Origin: the human T2T-CHM13v2.0 reference genome, Homo sapiens
Strand: one strand, 5' to 3'
DNA length: 64,000 bases
Assembly (NCBI RefSeq): GCF_009914755.1
Contig: NC_060935.1
In this document: positions 55,081 to 64,000 of the stretch, one piece after another
Layout: each line of letters begins with the position of its first letter
Position numbering within the stretch: position 1 is the first letter of the stretch
The notes under the pieces: generated by a model
Told to the model about the DNA's origin: nothing
What the model saw: only the letters and a program-made list of their open reading frames with translations
Database searches by the model: none
Translations under genes and position numbers: made by a program

Positions 55081-55201
55081 CCCATTTATGCCTGACATTT
55101 GAATTTGAAAAATCAGACCTTGGCAATGACCTTGAGCAGTAGGATATAAATAACTCCCACATGCTTAGCGTTCCAATAATGGAACACTAGACATGAATGG
55201 C
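55081..55201. mobile_element. MER85 (PGBD3/piggyBac MITE)
   Basis: TTAA|CCCATTTATGCCT...CAGACCTTGGCAATGACCTTGAGCAGTAGGATATAAATAACTCCCACATGCTTAGCGTTCCAATAATGGAACACTAGACATGAATGG. Confidence 0.92.
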
Positions 55202-56529
55202 TTTTAATAACATAAATTCCCCAATTCCTTTTACAAACTGAATAACCTGTTCTGAGTCACCCAATGTACATTATATATGACACAATAATGCAAATACAGA
55301 AGGGGATCAAAGGAAGGCAAATATAGGAAATGCCATGTGAAACAAAAGCATTGTGTGAGCTATGGTTTAGAAGGTAAAAGCTGAAGAACAGAGTGTAGTT
55401 TCTGAATCATTACCAGGGCTCAATTATGCTAATGTATGTATATCCATGGTATAAATATTGTATTATTTTATAATTAAAATAATTATAAGTTTAAATATAA
55501 TATTTTAAGGAATATACTGTGTCTCATTTAATATGATTTATCACAAAATTGTCAGTGTTATCACTATGTAAGAATGGCCACTGATATATAAATGTATTAC
55601 TCTTGAAATCCCAAGAAGAGTATACTCGTTATCCAAGTAAAACAGTTTATGAAACAGATTTTTAATCTGTACACAAGTTGGGTATAATTTATCAGGGTAG
55701 GTATGTTTTCTAGTTTTTAGACGTACACAGTGTGTTAACAGAAGCACTTGGTATATAATGAGTTCTCAATTGTTCAGGAGACAGCCGACTTTATATGAAA
55801 ATAGTTATGAATGCAAAAATGAAGTAACAGTCAAAAATGAACATTGGAAATTCTATACTGGTAACAAAAAGACATTTGAAGTAGTTTTTTTCCCATCAGG
55901 TTGGTCTTGAATTAAAAAATAAAAGTGGCCTTTCTAGCTACTTGACAGCCATAATATTTCTTTTCATCAGGATCCCTATGGAATGAACCACATTTGAAGA
56001 TCAGGGATGTAAAATCACGTTGTACACATAAAAGTAACATGTATTCTCACGTTGACCTCTATTGAGAATATGACTTCTTCAGAATAAACTACATGAAACA
56101 ACTCATGTCTCCCGCAAGATATTTGCCCTGTTGTAGAGGTGCTGTGTCACCCGTGTAACAGGCACCACCAGCCAAGATTGCTGGGGCTTCTCTCCATTCC
56201 CCAGGGCACCAAATGCCTTAGTATAGTCTCCCAGGTATAACCCAAATAAAATACAGAAATTTATTCACACTAAATTATGAATGACTCTGTGTTTATCTTC
56301 TTAATATAGAATAGCATTTAAACCATAATCAAGTAGGGAGAATGGCGTGTTGTTACAAATATAAGTGAGCACTACTGGTAGATTGATTAAGGCTATAAAA
56401 TCAGGTGATGGCTTCATGGATGTTCAGTATAGTATTCTGCTTACTTTGTATGTGGCCAAAACTTTTCAGTATAAAGGTAAAGATTAAAAAGTGAACATAT
56501 GTATGTATACGCAAACACACATTGCATGA

Positions 56530-56557
<28 letters not shown>
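56530..56557. repeat. (TG)n microsatellite
   Basis: Direct inspection. Confidence 0.95.
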
Positions 56558-56560
<3 letters not shown>

Positions 56561-56585
56561 TATACTTCAATAGTAGAATGGGGCT

Positions 56586-57007
56586 TGTTATAGTTTAGAT
56601 GTTTGTTCCTCCAACCTCATGTTGAAATTTGTTCTTCAGCGTTGGAGATGAGACGTAATGGAAGATGGTTAGGTCAAGGGGGTTGATTTCTCAAGAATAG
56701 CTTAATGCTCTCTCTGAAGAAGAGAGAGTTGTCACTTGTTTTAATTGCCACAAGAGTTAGCTGGTAAAAGGAGCGTCACCTCCCTCTCCTCTCTTTTGCT
56801 TCCTCTCTTATCATGTGATCTCTGCATATGTGGGCTCCCCTTTGTCTTCGGTCATGAGTGAAAGCAGCCTGAAACCTTACCAGAAGCAGATGCTGGTGCC
56901 ATTCTTCTTGTACAGCCTTCAGAACCATGCATCAAATAAATCTCTCTTTTTAATAAATTACCCACCCTTGTGTATTCCTTTATAGCAATACTACATAGAG
57001 TAAGACA
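56586..57007 (+). mobile_element. MSTB-like MaLR solo LTR, followed by MIR (~57010-57150)
   Basis: TGTTATAGTTTAGATGTTTG...CTCATGTTGAAATTTG...CAGAAGCAGATGCTGGTGCC...TTTATAGCAA...TAAGACA. Confidence 0.85.
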
Positions 57008-57972
57008 GTTTCAGTTCCCGAATTAGTCAATGGCAAGCTCTATTACTTTGGGTAACTTGCAGTCTTTCTGAGCCTTAATTTCTTCAACTGTAAAAATGTG
57101 AATTTATTTCTTCAACAAAGGTTGCTATATAAAATATATATGTAAACTCTAAAAGCAGGTCTGAGTTTATGCATCTGCATTGTTTTAATGGAAATGACTC
57201 ATCTACTCAAAGTATTTTCTATCATGTGTCAGAAAAATAGCAAAATATGTACACAAATTTGTGATAAATATGAAGCATATGGGGCTCCTAGTGTTGCTGC
57301 TAAACAGTCTACATAACCATATAGAGTAGCATTAAGGTCTTGGCATACAAGAAGTGCTAATATATGTTGTTGCAATTCTCAATCACCAAAGCTGTATAAC
57401 AATGATAGGGAGCTGTGACTGTGAAATTGCAAACCAGCCAGTACACATGAGAGAAGATAATGATCATAAAGCCATGTGCTGTATTCTCAATCCCTGACCA
57501 GGATCCAATCCAATTTTAGCTTTGCTACTTACCAGTTTACCTTAGTTAAACATATTTGTTGGTCAGAAAATGAAAAACAAACACATTATATTTTATGTCA
57601 ATTTTACCCATTTTACTTTACCTTCCAGAAAACTGTGAAGTGAGTTCCTGGTGGATCCCAAACTATTCACTTGCCTCTCCCAAGGAAGAAAACTATGAGC
57701 TCCATTGACTGATCCCCTTCTCTTTAATCATCACTTCAGTTGTCTCTAATTATCCTGTTTTGCATTATACTTGCCTTGTAAAGCTGTTTTGAATCATTTA
57801 GCTTAGGAGAAAATGGGGTTTGAATCAAAAATTATTACCTTCATAACTACACAATATATTTGAAATGGAAAATGAGTGAAACTTCACATTTTTCAGAGTT
57901 GTTAAGCAGAGAAATATCCTATGAGTTATGAAATTGTATTGAGGTGAGAATGCTAATGAGGTACTGAGATGC

Positions 57973-58722
57973 TGTATTGTTTGCTAAGGCTGCCTTTACA
58001 AAGTACAGGCATACCTCATATTCTCGCACTTTGCTTCGTTGCACTTCACAAATACTTCAATTTTCAGAAATTAAAGTTTTGTGGCAACCTTGTATGGAGC
58101 AAGCCTGTGAGTGCCATTTTTTCAACAGCATGTGCTCACTTTTGTATGTATGCATATTGTTTTTTAGACCTAATCCTATCAGACATTTAATAGACTACAG
58201 TATAGTGTAAACAGAATGTTTATATACACCGGGAAACCAAGACATTTGTGTGACTCCTTTTATTGCAATATTTTATTTATTTTAGTGATCTGGAACTGAA
58301 CCCTGAACAGCTCTAAGGTATTCCTGGACCACAAATTGAGTGAATTAAACAACAGAAATTTGCTGTCTTGCAGTTCTAGAGATTAGAAATTCAAGATCAA
58401 TGTTTCAAAAGGGCTGTGCTTTCTCTGAAGGAGGGAAAGATGTGTCTCAGGGCTCTTTTCTGGCTTCGGATAGTTTATTGAATGATGGTATCATAACTAT
58501 GATCTTCACATGGCATTCTCCTGTGTCAGAATCTGTGTCCAAACTCTGCCTTTTGTAAGGACTCTACTCATATAAGATTAGGAGCCCATCCTACTCTAGA
58601 ATGAGCTCATCATAACTAATTATATCTGATTCTATTTGCAAATAAGTTCATATTCTAAATTACTAGAAGTTAGAACTTTAACATATTAATTTGGGTGGGA
58701 GGGAACAAATCAATCCATAACA
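57973..58722 (-). mobile_element. MLT1C-like solo LTR
   Basis: TGTATTG...GGCTGCC...ACAAAGTA / CCACAAATTGAG...TCCATAACA; exact 5-bp TSD GATGC (57968-57972, 58723-58727). Confidence 0.85.
58006..58326 (+). mobile_element. Internally deleted Tigger1 nested in MLT1C
   Basis: TA|CAGGCATACCTC ... AAGGTATTCCTG terminal inverted repeats; both Tigger1 ends within ~320 bp. Confidence 0.85.
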
Positions 58723-58841
58723 GATGCAACAGCATGCATTCCATAATTTCACTTAAAATTAGGATTCCAATATCATTATTTGAATTTAGGATTCAAAGAT
58801 ACTAGAAATATTCTTTATTTATTTTAATAAAAGAATTTTAA

Positions 58842-59179
<338 letters not shown>

Positions 59180-59965
59180 TAAAATAGACATGAAATAGAA
59201 GTTACTACTTTGATTCTTTTCATTTTATTGATGCTAAGTGTTATTTAGAAAGTCATTCATTTAATTAGCTTTTTTTCTCTGCATAAATCTGGATAATATC
59301 ATTTATTTTTACCGAAGTCAATTTTATTTTTTATTAATTTTGTTTTGTATAAGTAAGTACTTCCTACTGAAAATAAGCTAAGCCAAATGATAAATTGTTT
59401 TACATTTGACTACTACATCTTTAAGGTTTAAATATCACCAGAGAATTTATCTGTATCTTGTATATACAAGATGGCATTGATGTTAACCTAGCTTTATCAT
59501 TGTTAAAGGCTACAGTTACATAAAAGGATTCTGTAGTAAATAAACTACAGATATGTTTCTTAACACATAATTATGCCCTGGAAAATTAAAGTTGTTTACT
59601 ACACATGTTTTTAATTTAGTTAAATAAAATTATAGTAAAACTTTAATATAAAATCCATATGCTGAGAAATTCATGCATGTCATTTCATTTAATCCTAATG
59701 ACAATCCCACAAAAATATGATTATTATCACAAATTGACAGATGATCCAAGACCGAAAAAAAGGAAGTCCTAGCTCTTTCAAGGTCTCAAGAAATTCCAAG
59801 TTCTAAAGCCTATGTGTTTAACACAACCCTACATTGGTACTGTTAAGAATAAGCAGATTCCTTCAAAGAAGAATTCATACATGAGAAAAAAACATCCTCA
59901 GAGAGGCAGAAGTTTCTATTTCCCATGATAAAGAGTTGCCTATGTTTAATGATTTTTAATAACTG

Positions 59966-59989
59966 AACCCTAACCCTAACCCTAACCCT
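59966..59989. repeat. Short interstitial telomeric repeat (AACCCT)4
   Basis: AACCCTAACCCTAACCCTAACCCT = (TTAGGG)n on the - strand. Confidence 0.9.
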
Positions 59990-61147
59990 TAAAGGAGAAA
60001 AATACCCCAAATCCCTCCATTTTACCCAACTTATTTAAATAAACCTAAAACTAGAATACTGTTAGATGGGGAATGGAGGAGTGGGTCTCAGAAACTTGTT
60101 TAATCTGAAGCATCACATAGACACTGACATCTGAAAGTACCTATTCCTTTCCCCCTACCCCACAGATAATAGGTGAGGTGACTGGACCTCAAAGAGGCAG
60201 AATGGAGAAGGTAAGTTTTGCGCAGTTCTAGAACAAACCACAATGACTGAAATCAGTCTCTCTGGAAAAGCCTGTTGAGGGTTACTGTTCTGATCCTTGT
60301 TTGAAAGGTGGTGTAATAATGGGTAGAGTCAAAGAGGACAAGAGTGACGTAGCAATGCTCTGTGAGGAGTGAGCTAAAATATATCTATTTTTTCTTGATA
60401 CAGAAGAAGATAATTATCCTAATATTATATAAAACACTAGAACTAATTATAAGAATAATTGATCCCACACTATAGAATTAGCAATAAACAGAAACGTACT
60501 TCATATAAAGATGAATACCTTAGGTTGTTTTATATTAAATTGTAATAATATAAGGTGATGTCATGCAGATCTTCTCCAACTTTTTCTAGTGCTAATTTTA
60601 TACCATCCTTTGGATCTTCTAATTCTTATATTACTTTCATTACACTAGTTGTCTCTTGTACTGTATCTTAGCAATCTTGTATCTAAAATAGCCCAAAATG
60701 GTTCTCCTTCATGAATTTATACTGATCAATCTATTTTAGTTCCAATTAGTTACTGCAGTTTCATGTAAAGCTGAAATTTAGGAGAGTTTTAGCCAAAAAT
60801 TCCTCTAGGAAACATCTGTTTTACCTTTTTTTAGATTAAGTGGTATATTAAGAAACTAAATTTTAGCAGAAAGTTAGCACCTAAACAGCATTCTCTCTAA
60901 CACTCTCTATATATAAAAGTTACTAATTTATTTACTTCCTTTTATGTCAAACACCTTTCTACATCCCCAACTAGGATTTAGTTGTATAATCAACCATTTA
61001 TTGTACATTCGCATGTAAAATATTTATTGGGAATAGTAAGAATGATCACAATTATCTCTAATTTTCTTTATAACACTTTAATAGAAACAGTATAATACAT
61101 GGGTGTTTTCGTGTGAGGGTGTGCATGTGTGCATGTGTTTTTTAATC

Positions 61148-61467
61148 CAGGGGTTTCTGAACCCCAGGCCATGACCAGTACAGGCTACGCAGTACGAGGT
61201 GAGAGGCAGGTGAGCAAGAGTTACCACCTGAGCAGCTCCGCCTCCTATTAGATCAATGGTGGCATTAAATTCTCACAGGAGGGCAAACCCTGTTGAGAAC
61301 TGTGCATGTGAGGGATCTAGGCTGAGTGCTCCTTATGAGAATCTAACTAATGCCTGATGATCTGAGGTAGAAAAGTTTCATCTTAAAACCATTCTCGCAT
61401 CTCTGTCCCTAGAAAAATTGTCTTCCTTGAAACCAGTCACTGGTGCCAACAGGGTTTGGGACCACTG
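61148..61467 (+). mobile_element. MER1B (hAT-Charlie MITE)
   Basis: CAGGGGTTTCTGAACCCC...GGGTTTGGGACCACTG; 8-bp TSD TTTTAATC/TTCTAATC. Confidence 0.9.
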
Positions 61468-62399
61468 TTCTAATCTATACTTTAATGGTGGTTAACATTA
61501 GAAGTTCTCTAATGACTTACACACTGTTCCAGTATGGTGTACTAAAAATGCCTCAATGTGGCCATATGATCTTCACTAGAACATGTGCTAATCACTATAA
61601 ACAATTAGAAATATTTTTAATTGGAGAAATGTATGAAATTCTGTTTATGTGGATTAGTTAAGAAGATTCTATAGGCACCTGTGCTGTAATAAAAATCTCA
61701 TAAGATCTCATTAGTAGCCTGTACCCTCAGGCTATGGCTCTCGGCCTAGGTTTTAGATTTGGTCTTGTGTCCTTGCAATTAAAATAGGATTCTGATGAAT
61801 CATAAAATAAGCGTTACCTGCCATTAAATATTGTTGCATCTGCCTAAGTGAACTTCTCTGCAAAATACTTTTTGGAGGGTTTACAAGGTAAACAACTGAA
61901 ACTTTATTAGAATTATAAAAAGATGTTTTATGATGGCTGATTGTCTATATAAAAGCATTCTTATCAAAAAATATTTTTATGAGAAGAATAAAAGCTAAGA
62001 ATTGAATCTCACTGAAACAGGCTACCTGATTAGTGGAGATAGAATAGAGACTTTTAAACATCACCTAAACGTACTCTGAAGAAGCCATTAAATTTAAAAA
62101 ATGAAAACTGTAATTACAAAAGTCAAATTGACTTATTTTATTTTCCAACAATAGTTGCAATAGCATATGAATCTGACACTGTTCTGAGCATTTTATTTGT
62201 ATTATTATATTTGATTTCCATAACAAAGCCATAGTTAATATTTATGTCATTTTTCAAATTGAGCAAAAATTTGCACAAACATAAATAGGTTATTATAGTC
62301 ATTGAATACATTTAAAATTACATTATCATTTTATGTCAAATGTTTTCCACTATCATTATCTTTAGTTTTCATCATAATTGTATACATTTAAGGACAAGG

Positions 62400-62850
62400 A
62401 AATAATAACTCCCATTGATGTGCCATTTCAATATTGTTGGACACTTAAGTTATCTCCAGTCATTTTCTCTTCTTTTAACTAATAGATGATGCATCAATGA
62501 CTATCTTAGGGAAACCAAACATTTTTGTGTTTGGTTTTATGATAGACTTAGAAACACAGCACCCCAAAAATGGCATGTGATTATAAGGCACAATACATAA
62601 ATGCCTTTAAAATTATTGCTATATACTATTTAGTTGATGTTTAAAAGTTTAAACCAATTTACAAGTTCTTAAATGATCTCAGTGCTTTTGTTTTGCTACA
62701 TCTTCTAGAAATTGGCATTATAATTGTAATATTATCTCGTGTTCACATTATAAACAGGGTGCCTCAAGGTTTATTAAATATGTAATCCCTGGATTACTCG
62801 AACACAAGAATATTGTTTTTCCATTTGTGTTTAGGATCTCTTTTTCTATG
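62400..62850 (-). mobile_element. Old L1ME 3' fragment
   Basis: ATTGTTGGACACTTAAGTTATCTCCAG...AAAAGTTTAAACCAATTTACA; highly diverged. Confidence 0.5.
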
Positions 62851-63342
62851 TTAATTGACCTCTTTTATTTAACTTTTTAAAAGTCATCACCCTATATAGA
62901 AAAGTACATTAGGCAGTCTCTTTGTATTTGTCCTTTACTTTCAAGAGTGAAAAAAAAAAAAAACAGTTTTGTTTGGCCTTTCCATTGTCAAAGATGTTAT
63001 CTCCACTAAGATGTAATAACATGACATTTGACAGATAACTTGGACAGTTGGAGGGTAAAACTTGAGCATGTTTAGAGTTTTCCTAAAATCTGGTGTTCTT
63101 CCTCTTAACTTTCCTTATTGACTAGACTTAAAATGGCAAAAAGGAAAAATAAAAACGAAAAAGAAAAGCACTTTTTGAAAGCATCTGAAACAAAGCCATG
63201 TAAGTAAACAAATGGCATTTCCCTTGAAATGAAATTTTTAAAAGAAAGACTATAATTTCTCTGAAGTCTATAATGCAAATAGTATAGATATCAGCTTTAA
63301 AGTATAATTGGTTACAATGTTTACATGAAAACATAAATTGAT

Positions 63343-63650
63343 TGGGCACAGTGGCTCATGCCTAGAATGCCAGCATTTTGGGAGGCTAAAGTGGGCAGAT
63401 TGCTTGAGCCTAGCAGTTTGACCCCTGCCTGGGCAATAGGACAAAACTCTATCTACACAAAAATAGACAGGTGTGGTGTTGCATGCCTGTAGTCCCAGTT
63501 ACTCAGAAGACTGAGGTGGGAGAATTGCTGGAGCCCCCAGGAGGTCAGGCTGCACTGAGCCGTGAGCACACCACCACACTCCAGCCAGGGTTGACAGAGT
63601 GAGACCCTGTCTCAAAAAAAAAAAAAAAAGAAAAAAGAAAAAAGAAAATG
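63343..63650 (+). mobile_element. AluJ
   Basis: TGGGCACAGTGGCTCATGCCT...GATTGCTTGAGCC...GACAGAGTGAGACCCTGTCTC plus poly(A). Confidence 0.95.
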
Positions 63651-64000
63651 TAAATAAAGACACAAGCAAAACCAAAAGAGAATAAACATGAGAAAGAAAG
63701 AGATGATAGTGTGAGCATGATGAAAAAAAGATCCCTAGTTGTCAGGGAAATAATAAACCATTTATTTAAATTTTCCAAATTTATTCCACAGTAGTTACGG
63801 CTAAAGTGATCGGGCACTGTAAAGGAATTGATAAATAAAACATCTAAGCATGGAGCCTTGCTTGAATTAGATTAGTCTACAGTAAATATTACTGTGCTGT
63901 TATTAAATATCCCCCTTTCTCTTGCTTATAATGTAAGGAACATGGTAAGAGCTGAAAGAATGTGCTGAAAGAGTGGGAATCTTCTCTACAGCTTGTGTTT

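Overview
AT-rich, repeat-dense primate (most likely human/hominoid) nuclear DNA, either intergenic or deep intronic. I can recognise no intact cellular protein-coding gene, RNA gene or CRISPR array. Every long ORF in the track comes from a retroelement. Main components: a full-length but inactivated L1PA3-type LINE-1 (- strand, 29836-35880, 12-bp TSD, antisense ORF0 open); a 5'-deleted HERV-H provirus (3' LTR7 plus gag-pro-pol remnants, - strand, ~20230-24701) fused to an L1 fragment; a HERV-E/Harlequin LTR2B with an env tail; solo LTRs (MLT2A2, LTR1, MER68, MST, MLT1); a twin-primed inverted L1; several Alus; DNA-transposon MITEs (MER85, a MER75 end, Tigger1, MER1B, MER2); MIR/L2 relics; and microsatellites. 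The least explained items are an ~800-bp non-repeat insert splitting an old L1 (possible retrocopied 3'UTR), clusters of splice-site-flanked candidate exons on both strands, and several atypical repair-type insertions or junctions. I found no evidence of a novel multi-gene system. Repeat family names come from recalled consensus sequences, not a database search. Boundaries of old repeats are approximate.
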